Of a stretch of 64,000 nt of DNA, positions 47,801 through 57,698 are shown piece after piece. The position numbers were made by a program, and so were the translations under genes. The notes under the pieces were generated by a model that saw only the letters and a list, made by a program, of their open reading frames with translations, searched no databases and was not told the DNA's origin. Source of the stretch: a bacterium (GTDB taxonomy: Bacteria; Patescibacteriota; Patescibacteriia; UBA2196); contig DAOOOW010000003.1 in NCBI GenBank assembly GCA_035387885.1, forward strand, positions 3,498 through 67,497, read 5' to 3'. Each line of letters begins with the position of its first letter. The first letter of the stretch is position 1.

Positions 47801-49270
47801 TTATAATGAACGACCGACAATCTTTTGCACTTCTTCTGGCGAAAGCTGCTCGGTTTTAACATAACACTTATTACCAGTAGCATACGTTAAAGTTGGATCG
47901 TAATCGGGCATAAGATAGTTGTTTTTAACACATAAATCATAAAGTTCTGTGTGGGGAAATGGTTGAAAAATAAATCTGATCACTCTATCGAAGTTAACCT
48001 CCTTGGCAAAACTTAAACTTTCTTCCATAGTTTTTACAGTTTCTCCTGGAATGCCAAAAATAAAAGCTCCTTCTGTAAAAATTCCTATTTTTTTACACAC
48101 GGCAACTATATCTTTAACCTTACTTAGATCAATATTTTTTTTAATAACATTATGCAATATATCAGAATTACCAGATTCAATACTCATTCTAATATAACTC
48201 ATGCCAGATTTTTTAAGCCATTCCAGAATTTCTTCATCAAGAGTCGGCACATATGATCCAGATGATGAAGAAAAAGTAATATTATAATTATTTTTAACAA
48301 TGCCCTGACAAATTTTTAAGACTCTTTCTTTGGAGGCATTAAAATTATCATCAACAAAATTGATATGTTTAGCACCACACTTTTTAACTAAATAATCAAT
48401 TTCTAATAACACACTTTCAGCAGAACGCATTCGCCAACGATGTCCCCAAATATTGTGAATTGCACAAAAGGTGCAGTGGTATGGACATCCCCGAGAAGTA
48501 ATTACTTCTGCTGCTGGCAATTTTTCCCTACCATGGCGATTATGTAAATAATAGTAAAAAAATGGCAAAAAAGGCAGGGAACTCATTTTTTCAGCTAAAA
48601 AAAGAACTATTTTTTCATTATTAAACATTTTTTTTAAACGCAAATAGAAAGCCCTGTACAAATTTTGTTTTGAATAATTATTACGAGAAGAGTAGTTTCT
48701 TTTAGGCAAAGGAAGTGTGTCGAGATTTTCTATAAAATTTCTTGGTTTATTAACAATAATTGATCCATTTTTTCTAAAAGCCAGACCATCAATTTTTTCT
48801 AAATTTTGACATTTGTTATCCATTAGTTCCTTCAAAGTTATCTCTCCTTCCCCATAAACAACCAGATTAATTTCTGAATTTTCTTTTAAAATTGCCCCCG
48901 GATCGGTCGACGGATGTGGTCCGCCAACAACAATCGTCACTTGTGTGTCTAATTGTCTAATAAGCTTTATAATTAAATTTATACTTTCGTTTTGTGTAGA
49001 AAATAACCAAGAAATACCAATAATATCTGGCTGGCTATTTTTAATTTTTTTTAATATTTTTTTAAGGCTTAAACCCTGAAACACCGTAGTCGGATATTCA
49101 TCATTTTCCCAATATTTATTCCACCCTTCGGCCACCGTATCTAAAATTTTCACTTCATGAAATGGTTCAATAAAAGCAGCCAAAGATTCAATACCTAAAG
49201 ATTCATTAATAAATCTTGGAAAATAAAATTTTTTTACAGCAAAAGGTGGTCGAATAAGCAAAATTTTCAT
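47801..49270 (-). CDS. cobalamin-binding radical SAM protein with an interdomain insertion
   Basis: KILLIRPP, VGGPHPS, GEGE, SRGCPYHCTFC, DDNF, IESG and GIPGET. Confidence 0.93.
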   Translation of the reverse strand: MKILLIRPPFAVKKFYFPRFINESLGIESLAAFIEPFHEVKILDTVAEGWNKYWENDEYPTTVFQGLSLKKILKKIKNSQPDIIGISWLFSTQNESINLIIKLIRQLDTQVTIVVGGPHPSTDPGAILKENSEINLVVYGEGEITLKELMDNKCQNLEKIDGLAFRKNGSIIVNKPRNFIENLDTLPLPKRNYSSRNNYSKQNLYRAFYLRLKKMFNNEKIVLFLAEKMSSLPFLPFFYYYLHNRHGREKLPAAEVITSRGCPYHCTFCAIHNIWGHRWRMRSAESVLLEIDYLVKKCGAKHINFVDDNFNASKERVLKICQGIVKNNYNITFSSSSGSYVPTLDEEILEWLKKSGMSYIRMSIESGNSDILHNVIKKNIDLSKVKDIVAVCKKIGIFTEGAFIFGIPGETVKTMEESLSFAKEVNFDRVIRFIFQPFPHTELYDLCVKNNYLMPDYDPTLTYATGNKCYVKTEQLSPEEVQKIVGRSL

Positions 49271-49299
49271 ACCTTAATTTAAATTAATTTTTATTTTAT

Positions 49300-51018
49300 A
49301 TGTTTTATTTTAACAAAAAAATAAAAGAAAATCAATTATTTAGAAAAAGCATATTTCCAGTTTTGCTTTTACTTTTTTTAATTTTAGCTATTGGTGTTTG
49401 GTATAGTCCAATCGTTTTTAAAGGTTATCCAGCCAATTCTTTGCCAGCCAATTTAATCTTGGCAAAAAATTTGGCTACTAACAATCTTTACGGTATGGAA
49501 AGCAAAATAGGAGTTGTTTTATCAAGTAACCTGCTTAATCAAGAAGCCACGGAGTCAAGTTTAGGAAACAAGTTAACCTCAATAATTTATAGTCAAATTT
49601 TTAAAAATTTCAGATTATTAAATATCAACAAACTATTATTTCTTTCTTGCTTTCTTTATGCTCTATCTCTTATTTTTTTCATGTTAACAGTTAAGAAAAT
49701 ATTTGATAAAAAAATATCCATATTTTTTGGATTGGTGTATATTTTTATACCCGTTCAATGGGCTTTGCCCTTATCCCATTTTATTAGCTATGAATTTGCA
49801 ACTTTGTTTTTTTCTGTTTTTATTTTTTTATATTTTACTGGTTTGGGAAAAAAGAAAGAAAAAATTTATTTAATTAGCTCTGGAGTTTTTTTAGCTCTAT
49901 CTGCTATGGCCAAAGAAGTTTTTCTGTTATTCATACCAGTCTTTATTATCTATTTATTTATCATTAAAAAACGTCGGGAATTAATCTATTTTACTGGCGC
50001 TCTCATTGTACTTTTAGGTGTCTTTTGGTTACCAAATTTGTTTAACAATGTCTATTTTGGGCACTTAAACGACAAACTTCAAGAGACAACCATGAGCAAG
50101 GACTTTGAAATATATGGTGAATTTTTTGCTGATCCTTATTCTTATTATTTTCAAAAAGATGAAATATTAGCTAATGTTAAAATTGAAAAAAGTTTTAATC
50201 CTTTAAAACAATTACAACCAATTAAACTCCTATCTAATGTTGGTATTCGTACTCCCAGTATTTATGAACGGTTATTTATTGGAACATTTTTATTTTTCAA
50301 ACAAAATTTTAAAATATTATCTTTAGAACAAACAGGCGGGCCGCTAATTTTTATCATTTTTCTCGGTGGTGTGCTCTATTTATGGAAACAAGAAAGAGAA
50401 AAAATACTTTTTTTTATTGGTTGGATTTTAGGTATGTCGTTGATGCTTTCCTATATTGTATTGGGGAGTCGTTCACATCTTATGGATATTATTTTCCCCA
50501 TTTGTCTTTTGATTGCTTTGGGTATTAACAATCTATTTGTAATGATTGAACAAAATATTCTTATTAAGAAAAAAATATTAATCGTCTTAGAAACAACTAT
50601 TTTATTGTTAATAGTATACAATTTTGTTCAAACCAGTCATCTAACTTTAAACAGACTCTATAGTAATCCAATTGTTCTAAAAATAGAAGCTTACGCTAAA
50701 ATAATTCAAACCAAAAACAATATTTCCGATAATGATGTTATTGCGGTTAACGATAGGCAAGAGGCGTATCAGTTAAATTACATGACAAACAAATCTTTGG
50801 TTATTTTTAAAGATCAAACTTTAGAGAAACTACTGGTTGATAATAAACTACAGACAGTATTTGATCAATATAATGTCCGTTATCTTATTGGTTATAACAA
50901 AGAATTATCAGAAAAAATTATTAAAACAACAAATGTAACCATTTTATCAGAAGATATATCAGCATCAGAGCCAGAACCTTCTAATGTTAAAAAACAATTT
51001 TTAAACTTTTTTAGATAA
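49300..51018 (+). CDS. GT-C (family 39/ArnT-like) membrane protein
   Basis: multi-TM; GVFLALSAMAKE and SRSH; soluble C-terminal domain. Confidence 0.65.
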   Translation: MFYFNKKIKENQLFRKSIFPVLLLLFLILAIGVWYSPIVFKGYPANSLPANLILAKNLATNNLYGMESKIGVVLSSNLLNQEATESSLGNKLTSIIYSQIFKNFRLLNINKLLFLSCFLYALSLIFFMLTVKKIFDKKISIFFGLVYIFIPVQWALPLSHFISYEFATLFFSVFIFLYFTGLGKKKEKIYLISSGVFLALSAMAKEVFLLFIPVFIIYLFIIKKRRELIYFTGALIVLLGVFWLPNLFNNVYFGHLNDKLQETTMSKDFEIYGEFFADPYSYYFQKDEILANVKIEKSFNPLKQLQPIKLLSNVGIRTPSIYERLFIGTFLFFKQNFKILSLEQTGGPLIFIIFLGGVLYLWKQEREKILFFIGWILGMSLMLSYIVLGSRSHLMDIIFPICLLIALGINNLFVMIEQNILIKKKILIVLETTILLLIVYNFVQTSHLTLNRLYSNPIVLKIEAYAKIIQTKNNISDNDVIAVNDRQEAYQLNYMTNKSLVIFKDQTLEKLLVDNKLQTVFDQYNVRYLIGYNKELSEKIIKTTNVTILSEDISASEPEPSNVKKQFLNFFR

Positions 51019-51966
51019 TGTTTTAAAATTTATAGGATTAAAAATCCAATAAAAAAATCCAATAATTGCCGCAGAAAAAACTGTAAATAATTGTAAAATA
51101 CCCAAAGCGGTTGCTTTTTCTGGCGAGAGATTAATTAAGCCAAAAAAGAAAATGAATACCGCTTCGCGCGTTCCCAGACCGTTAAAACTTATTGGCAACA
51201 GATCAGTTGCGTTCGCCACAGCAATCATCGGAATTAAATAAAAAATATTTAATCGCAGTCCCAAAGCTAAACTTAAAAAATAAATTTGTACTAAATAAAC
51301 CAACCAGGCTAAAAAAGTTGCTCCAAATCCTAATAAATAATTTTTATAATTATATTTTTTAAAGTTATCTTTAAAATCCTGTAAATGTATAAAGATATTT
51401 TCGTGATGTTTTTGTGGCACAAAAAAATAAATTAATTTAAGATATATCTTTGTTTTTAAAATGAAATAAAATAAGATAACACAAATTAAAATTATTAAGC
51501 ACAAATAAATGATTTCACTAAAAAATATTTGAATAAAAATTAAAAAACCAATTAAAATTAAAAAAATAAGGAAAAGAAAATCAAAAATTCTATCAATTAT
51601 AATGGTAACTAAAGATTTATTGATAGAATGGCCATCGTTTTGTAAATAAAATATCTTAACAATTTCTCCTATTTTACCCGGGGTTGCTAGACTTAAAAAA
51701 GATGCCACTGAATAGAATGAAAAAGATTTTTTAAACGAATATTCTATTTCTTGTTTTTTCATCAACATTTTCCAACGCCAAGCTTTAAAACCTAATAATA
51801 AAAAAGTCAAAAAAAATACAGGCACCAGGTACCAATAATTTACTTTTTTAAAAATATTAAAAAGAATTTTTACATCAACTAAATAAAAAATAATAAATAA
51901 AAAAATTAAACAACCTATTATGGGGAGTAAAATATTTTTTATTTTTTTTTTAATTTTAATTTTCAC
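51001..51966 (-). CDS. lysylphosphatidylglycerol-synthase-TM / UPF0104 flippase-like protein
   Basis: KAWRW, TPGKIGEIVK, DRIFD and LPISFNGLGTRE. Confidence 0.9.
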   Translation of the reverse strand: MKIKIKKKIKNILLPIIGCLIFLFIIFYLVDVKILFNIFKKVNYWYLVPVFFLTFLLLGFKAWRWKMLMKKQEIEYSFKKSFSFYSVASFLSLATPGKIGEIVKIFYLQNDGHSINKSLVTIIIDRIFDFLFLIFLILIGFLIFIQIFFSEIIYLCLIILICVILFYFILKTKIYLKLIYFFVPQKHHENIFIHLQDFKDNFKKYNYKNYLLGFGATFLAWLVYLVQIYFLSLALGLRLNIFYLIPMIAVANATDLLPISFNGLGTREAVFIFFFGLINLSPEKATALGILQLFTVFSAAIIGFFYWIFNPINFKTLSKKV

Positions 51967-51973
51967 AATACTT

Positions 51974-53386
51974 TTAAACTTTTAATAATTTTAACGCCAT
52001 TATAGATTTTGTTATTAATTCTTTAAACGATTTAATTTTTAATAATCTTCTTAATATATAATTGGGTCTAAAATAAAACGATCTATAAGCTCTTTGTAAC
52101 ATTTTGACTAATTCTTCTTTAGTTAGATTTTCCTCCCAAACTTGGGCTTCAAAATCGCAGGTTGGATTCTTGGCAAATTCTTTCCAATAATCATTTTTAA
52201 TAATCCCTTGATCTAATCCCATTAAATAGAGCTCGGTTGCAGGATAAGGTGTTGTAATTGTAAAATGAGCATAATCTGGTTGCATTTTTTTTGCTATCTT
52301 AATGGTTTTTAAAATATCCTCTTTAGTTTCTGTAGGTGAACCCATCATAAAATACCCCAGAGTTTGTATACCAGCTTTCCTAGCCAATTTAAAAGCCTTT
52401 TTTGCCATATCTAATGTAATACCCTTACGCAAGACTTTTAATATTTTTTCTGTTCCAGCTTCTACACCAAAATGAATTCTTTGACAACCAGCATCTTTTA
52501 AAATTGCTAAAATTTCTTCGTCAACGGTATTAACCCTTGTTCTTATATCCCAGCTAATATCTATTTTTTTTTCTTTAATTAATTTGCATATATCCAACAC
52601 TCTTTGCCTGTCTACAGCAAAAGTATCATCATAAATAAATATTTCTTTAATACCCAACTTAACACATTCTTCCAATTCGCTAACCACACTCTTGGCAGAG
52701 CGGGCACGAAAATTTTTACCTAAATGTGGCCTGTCACAAAAAAGACATTTATAAGGACAACCCCGACTAGTAAACATGGTCGTCACAGGAAATTTTGTAG
52801 CCATGCTTGATGAATATTTTTTATAAGGTGTCAATTCTCTGGCTGGGAAAGGTAACTCATCTAAGTTTTGAATTAAATCTCTTATCCCGACATTAACTAT
52901 ATTTCCATCATTTTTAAAAACCAAATTACTTATATTCTGCCATTCTTTAGGATTGTCTAAATTATCTATCAGCTCTTTAAATGCTTTTTCTCCCTCCCCA
53001 AGTACGCAAAAATCTACTCCCGGTAAATTTATTGTCTCTTCTGGAAAAATGTGTGGGTGCGGGCCACCCAAAACAATTTTTGCATTTGGTTTGATCGATT
53101 TAACTGTTTTTATTGTTTCTAAAACATCCAACAACGTAAAAGTCATGGTTGTAATGCCAACCACTTCTGGATTTTCCTTTTCAACATAATCTTTTATTTG
53201 TTCTAAATTAATTTTTTCAACCTGGCAATCTAAAATTTGAACATCATAATTTGATTCTCTTTTTAAATAACCAGCTAAATACATTAAACCAAGTGGTGGC
53301 ATTGGATCTTCATCTGATAAAAGAACCTCTGGCAAACTTGGATCAATTACATGAGAAATTGGTGGATTGATAAGTAATATTTTCAT
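51974..53386 (-). CDS. cobalamin-binding radical SAM protein
   Basis: KILLINPP, PPLGLMYLAG, LGGPHP, SRGCPYKCLFC, DDTF and TPYPAT. Confidence 0.94.
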   Translation of the reverse strand: MKILLINPPISHVIDPSLPEVLLSDEDPMPPLGLMYLAGYLKRESNYDVQILDCQVEKINLEQIKDYVEKENPEVVGITTMTFTLLDVLETIKTVKSIKPNAKIVLGGPHPHIFPEETINLPGVDFCVLGEGEKAFKELIDNLDNPKEWQNISNLVFKNDGNIVNVGIRDLIQNLDELPFPARELTPYKKYSSSMATKFPVTTMFTSRGCPYKCLFCDRPHLGKNFRARSAKSVVSELEECVKLGIKEIFIYDDTFAVDRQRVLDICKLIKEKKIDISWDIRTRVNTVDEEILAILKDAGCQRIHFGVEAGTEKILKVLRKGITLDMAKKAFKLARKAGIQTLGYFMMGSPTETKEDILKTIKIAKKMQPDYAHFTITTPYPATELYLMGLDQGIIKNDYWKEFAKNPTCDFEAQVWEENLTKEELVKMLQRAYRSFYFRPNYILRRLLKIKSFKELITKSIMALKLLKV

Positions 53387-53391
53387 ATATC

Positions 53392-55290
53392 TTAATAAGT
53401 TTTAGGAGCGTTATTTATTGTTTTTATTGTTTCATTAAAATCTAAACCAACTGTTTCGCAATACCATTGTAATCCATTAGGACGTGGTTTGTTTTCCTCT
53501 TTTACTAATTCCAAAGCCTCTGCGCGTGTTATCAAACCTTCACGAATTTGATTACTACGAAAAGTATCATTTTCAGTAAAACCAGCCATAGTGTAGTAAA
53601 TATAATTATAAAAAGGCGCTGTGCCATCTCCAATTCTCCAAGTGGAATTTGTATCAGGGGCGAGTTCCCAATTATATTCATTTTTTAAAATTTGATTAAT
53701 TTCCTTTTCATTCCATTTGACATAGTTAAATAAATTTAAATAATCATGTGGAAAAATATAACAAGAAATATAAGCCCCGATAGTATCAATCAAAGATGTA
53801 TTTAAATAGCTTGGATTAATCATATATTGTTTTAAATAATGACCAATCATTTTCAATTGATTAAAAAAATTTAATCCATAAAATAACCCTTTTTCTTTGC
53901 CAGGTTTAACACTGGCAAAAAGGGTTTTGAAATTTGTTTTTTCTAAATGATTTTCGCCAAGTATTAATAAATCCAAATTCATCTGCTTTTTAAGTTTATA
54001 AGCATGATAAAAATATTGCTTATCACCAGCCATAAAAAGTGGTACTACACCTAAATCTGGTTTTTTAAGCCAAGCTAAAACATTTTTTCTAATATTCTCG
54101 CGTTTCTTTTTAATATCGGCTGAAATAATTATCTGTTCCACACCCAGTTTAGCACAAAGTTTTGCCTGATTACGTCTGGCTAAGTCAGTTACCATGCCCC
54201 AGTCATAAGAAAAAACTACGGGATTCAATTTTAAAATATTTTTAACATAATGCAAAGCAAAAGAACTATCTCTTCCTCCACTAAAAGCAATTAAACAGTT
54301 GGGTTGTCGTCCAATCACAACTTTTTTTTCTAATTCTTGTTTCATAAGTTCTTCTGGTAAAACACTGTTTTTTTTATAATCTCTACAAAAATTACAAACT
54401 CCTTCACCATCAAATTCAATCCCTGGAAAAGACTCTGGCAAAATACACTTTGAGCACCTCTTAAGGTGTTCATTCAAATCATATTTTAACAAACTAAAAT
54501 CAGGACTTATTTTTTTGTTATTAAAGGGTTGCCCGGATATTTCTAATTCGCCTCTAAAAATAATATCTTTTTTGTTTTGCAAATCTAAATTTATTATTCT
54601 TTTTTCATAAGGTTTAATTTGCTCCAAAGTTTCTCGAACTAAAAAACTATTTTTTTTAATTATTTGTTCTAAAATATATTTTTCTGAGGCAAAAACCATG
54701 ATCTTTCTACTTTTATCAAAACAAATATAAATAGAACCTGTGTTAGTCGTTAATAATAAATAGGGAAGCGAATCAAATAAAATAGCCGTGGAAATCGTGC
54801 CCTCCACCTCTAAAAAAACTTTATCAATGGCTGTTTCAAGATTGTCTCCGGTTATCAGATATTTTTTTAATAAAAATAATACTATTTCAGTGTCCACTTC
54901 ATACATTCTATTTAATTCACCAAATTTCTGCCACAACAAATCAACATTGGTGACAATACCGTTATGCACCCCCACCAAACTATCTTTAACCACTGGTTGA
55001 TTATTAGTATTGTCAGCCAAATCCAAACCATTAGTAGCTAATCGCGTGTGTCCAATTAAACAATTGATATTTTTTAAGGTAAATAATTGTTTATATTTTT
55101 TTTCTTTAAGTAATTTTCTGGCTTTAATTGGTTTTTTATAAACATAAATTTTATCGCTCATTAACGCAATTCCGGAAGCTTCTTTACCGCGAGATTCTGA
55201 TAATTTAAACAACTCGTCAGTTAATTGACGAATTTTTTTATTGGAAATATTACAACCTTGGTGAATTGTTATACCAAAAATTCCACACAT
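53392..55290 (-). CDS. class II (Ntn) glutamine amidotransferase fused to a WbuX/PseA-like N-acetyl-sugar amidotransferase (PP-loop) domain
   Basis: MCGIFG, SRG, GHTRLAT and HNG; RCSKCILP...CNFC; SGGRDS; RSNQIREG. Confidence 0.85.
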   Translation of the reverse strand: MCGIFGITIHQGCNISNKKIRQLTDELFKLSESRGKEASGIALMSDKIYVYKKPIKARKLLKEKKYKQLFTLKNINCLIGHTRLATNGLDLADNTNNQPVVKDSLVGVHNGIVTNVDLLWQKFGELNRMYEVDTEIVLFLLKKYLITGDNLETAIDKVFLEVEGTISTAILFDSLPYLLLTTNTGSIYICFDKSRKIMVFASEKYILEQIIKKNSFLVRETLEQIKPYEKRIINLDLQNKKDIIFRGELEISGQPFNNKKISPDFSLLKYDLNEHLKRCSKCILPESFPGIEFDGEGVCNFCRDYKKNSVLPEELMKQELEKKVVIGRQPNCLIAFSGGRDSSFALHYVKNILKLNPVVFSYDWGMVTDLARRNQAKLCAKLGVEQIIISADIKKKRENIRKNVLAWLKKPDLGVVPLFMAGDKQYFYHAYKLKKQMNLDLLILGENHLEKTNFKTLFASVKPGKEKGLFYGLNFFNQLKMIGHYLKQYMINPSYLNTSLIDTIGAYISCYIFPHDYLNLFNYVKWNEKEINQILKNEYNWELAPDTNSTWRIGDGTAPFYNYIYYTMAGFTENDTFRSNQIREGLITRAEALELVKEENKPRPNGLQWYCETVGLDFNETIKTINNAPKTY

Positions 55291-55293
55291 ACA

Positions 55294-56160
55294 TTAATTC
55301 TTTAAACTAATTTCTCTTCTTAAAGCTGCAATTTGATCAGCAATCAACCCAAACAAAAATATTAAAATAGAAGTAATTAAAATAAAAATAGTGCCTTCTG
55401 AAATATTTACCATAGTTAAATCATAAATCAAATAGATCAAGCCCACTCCAAACAAAAACCCGCTCACCGGTAAAAATATACGCAAAGGAGAAAAAAGCAT
55501 CACTAAACGAAAAATTAACATTAAATAAACAAAAGCCTGACGTGGTTTAACCATGCTTTTACCGCCAGCCCGTTTATTAATAGTTAGAGGCACAAATTTA
55601 ATATTTAATTTTTCTTTTAAAAAAGCAAAGACTGTAGTTGTGGAAATAGAAAAACCATCGGGAAAAAGATGGCTGAATCTTAAAAATTCATGTTTTTTAA
55701 CTAAACGAAAACCACAATTAACATCATTAATTTTTATTTTAAATAAATATTTAACTAGCCAATTGATAAATCTTTTACCAGGTTGACGAATCCAGGGTCC
55801 TTTATAGCCAATTCTTTCACCAGACACCAAATCAAAATTTTGGGTGTATGGTAAAAAATCTTTTAAATATTCTGGTTTATGCTGACCATCAGCATCATAA
55901 AACATCAGCCAATCATAAACAGCTTGTTTGGCGCCTGTTTTTAAGGCTGCCCCATAACCCTTATTGTATGGCTGGGTAATAATTTTTATATTTTCAATAG
56001 TTTTTAAAATTTCAGCTGTGGCATCTGTCGAGCAATCATTAATAACTAAAATTTCATAATTAGTTAAATTTAAATTAAGCAGTTCGTTTTGTAAACCGCT
56101 GATAACACTTTTTATGGTTTCTGCTTCGTTAAAAACAGGTATTAAAATAGATAAATTCAT
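55294..56160 (-). CDS. GT2 glycosyltransferase with C-terminal TMs
   Basis: IPVFNE, INDCSTD, NKGYGAALK, DADGQH and DVNCGFR. Confidence 0.93.
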   Translation of the reverse strand: MNLSILIPVFNEAETIKSVISGLQNELLNLNLTNYEILVINDCSTDATAEILKTIENIKIITQPYNKGYGAALKTGAKQAVYDWLMFYDADGQHKPEYLKDFLPYTQNFDLVSGERIGYKGPWIRQPGKRFINWLVKYLFKIKINDVNCGFRLVKKHEFLRFSHLFPDGFSISTTTVFAFLKEKLNIKFVPLTINKRAGGKSMVKPRQAFVYLMLIFRLVMLFSPLRIFLPVSGFLFGVGLIYLIYDLTMVNISEGTIFILITSILIFLFGLIADQIAALRREISLKN

Positions 56161-56234
56161 ACATCTAATTTAAACATAATTTACTAATTTTAGCAAACTT
56201 GATTCTAATTTTAAATATGTTAACATATTGACAT

Positions 56235-57117
56235 ATGAAAAATACTAAAATTCTTTTAATTGTGCCACCAAACAGTCTGGAAGAACGTTATGGCAAGCTT
56301 AAATGATTTTGGTAAAAACCGCCAAATGTGTGTGCACATTACCCTGTTCTTGTCACAAAACTTTTGGCAGAAGTTATCGTTTTATGAGCACCGCTCGAGT
56401 AATTGAGGAAATAAAATATTTAATTAAAAATTATCAAATTGATGGCTTGCATTTTTATGACGACACTTTAACCGTTAATAAGCCACGGATTATTGAGCTG
56501 TGCAACCAAATGATTGAAGAAAAAATTAATTTGCCTTGGGCTTGTTTTACTCGAGTTGATTGTGTGGATGAAGAAATTTTAAAAAAAATGGCCGAGGCTA
56601 ATTGTTATCAAATTTTTTATGGGGTTGAAGCTGGCAATCAAAGAATGCTTGATGTGATGAACAAGGGGATTACTATTGAACAAATAAAAAAAGCTTTTGC
56701 TTTAACGAGAAAATATAAAATTGAAGCTCTGGCTAGTTTTATTATTGGCGTACCCACCGAAACTCTTGAAGACACTAAAGAATCTTTAAAATTTGCCAAA
56801 GAAATTAAAGCAGATTTTGCTCATTGGGAAATTTATACTCCGCATCCCGGCACTATTTATATAATATTGCTATTGAGCATGGGGATCTTTTGACCAAGGA
56901 TTTAAATAAATACAGCCCTTGGAGCGATGAACCAGTTTATGCGGCTCATGGCCGCACGGTTGAAGAATTAAAGAAAACCAAAGAACTTGTTTATCGTTCA
57001 TTTTATATGCGCCCACTTTTTATTTTAAAAAGATTGCGCAACCTTCTTCGTCTACCACCGGGAAGAATTTTAAAATTAATTCATAGTGGCTTAGTAATGA
57101 CCTTTAGTAAAAATTAA
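56235..57117 (+). pseudogene. disrupted cobalamin-binding radical SAM gene
   Basis: MKNTKILLIVPPNSLEERYGKLK* (56235-56306); the B12 domain and most of CxxxCxxC are missing; resumes CSCHKTFG...DDTL...GVEAG; frameshift near 56855 after PHPGT. Confidence 0.85.
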
Positions 57118-57124
57118 AACAATT

Positions 57125-57158
57125 AAAAAAACCGTTCCGCAGTCGCGAAACGGTTTTT
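57125..57158. terminator. bidirectional terminator
   Basis: A7-CCGTT...AACGG-T5 between convergent genes. Confidence 0.8.
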
Positions 57159-57163
57159 GGCGT

Positions 57164-57673
57164 TTATTTCAAATGCGCTAAAATTTCTTTGTTAAAACAT
57201 ATCTTTCGAAACCATAGAAAATAATTCCATAAAAAAATATGAATTCCAGTTGGCAATGGCGACACCAACGGCACCCGTTGATTATCGCAATCCAAAGGAT
57301 CAATTCCAAGGATGTGTAACCAGTTAATCAAGAGACAACACGCACCGAGCAATTGATCCGCCTGCATTATCACGATACCTGTAAACGTTAAAAGAAAAAA
57401 TCCTGGCAGTGAATGAAAAAAATTAACTTTGGCTGGATCAAGCTTGCCCAAAGTAATTTTTCCTTGCTTCAGACCCTGCCAAATTTCTCTGCGTCGTGCT
57501 TTGGCTTTTTTGCCAAGATAATGATCAACGTCAATAAAAACTCCACTGAACATTATCAGACAAAATCCTATTATTGCCAATGCCCACCGATCTTCAGTGA
57601 CACGCACACTAAAATAATATATTGCCGCTGAAAATGTCGGCAAAAAATGCAATACGCCTAAATGATAAATCAT
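57164..57673 (-). CDS. membrane-bound metal-dependent hydrolase-like (YdjM-type) protein
   Basis: H...DVDH...FFHSL...LHI..D pattern; GGAGG SD. Confidence 0.6.
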   Translation of the reverse strand: MIYHLGVLHFLPTFSAAIYYFSVRVTEDRWALAIIGFCLIMFSGVFIDVDHYLGKKAKARRREIWQGLKQGKITLGKLDPAKVNFFHSLPGFFLLTFTGIVIMQADQLLGACCLLINWLHILGIDPLDCDNQRVPLVSPLPTGIHIFLWNYFLWFRKICFNKEILAHLK

Positions 57674-57698
57674 CCCTAACCTCCAAATTTTTAAACTG

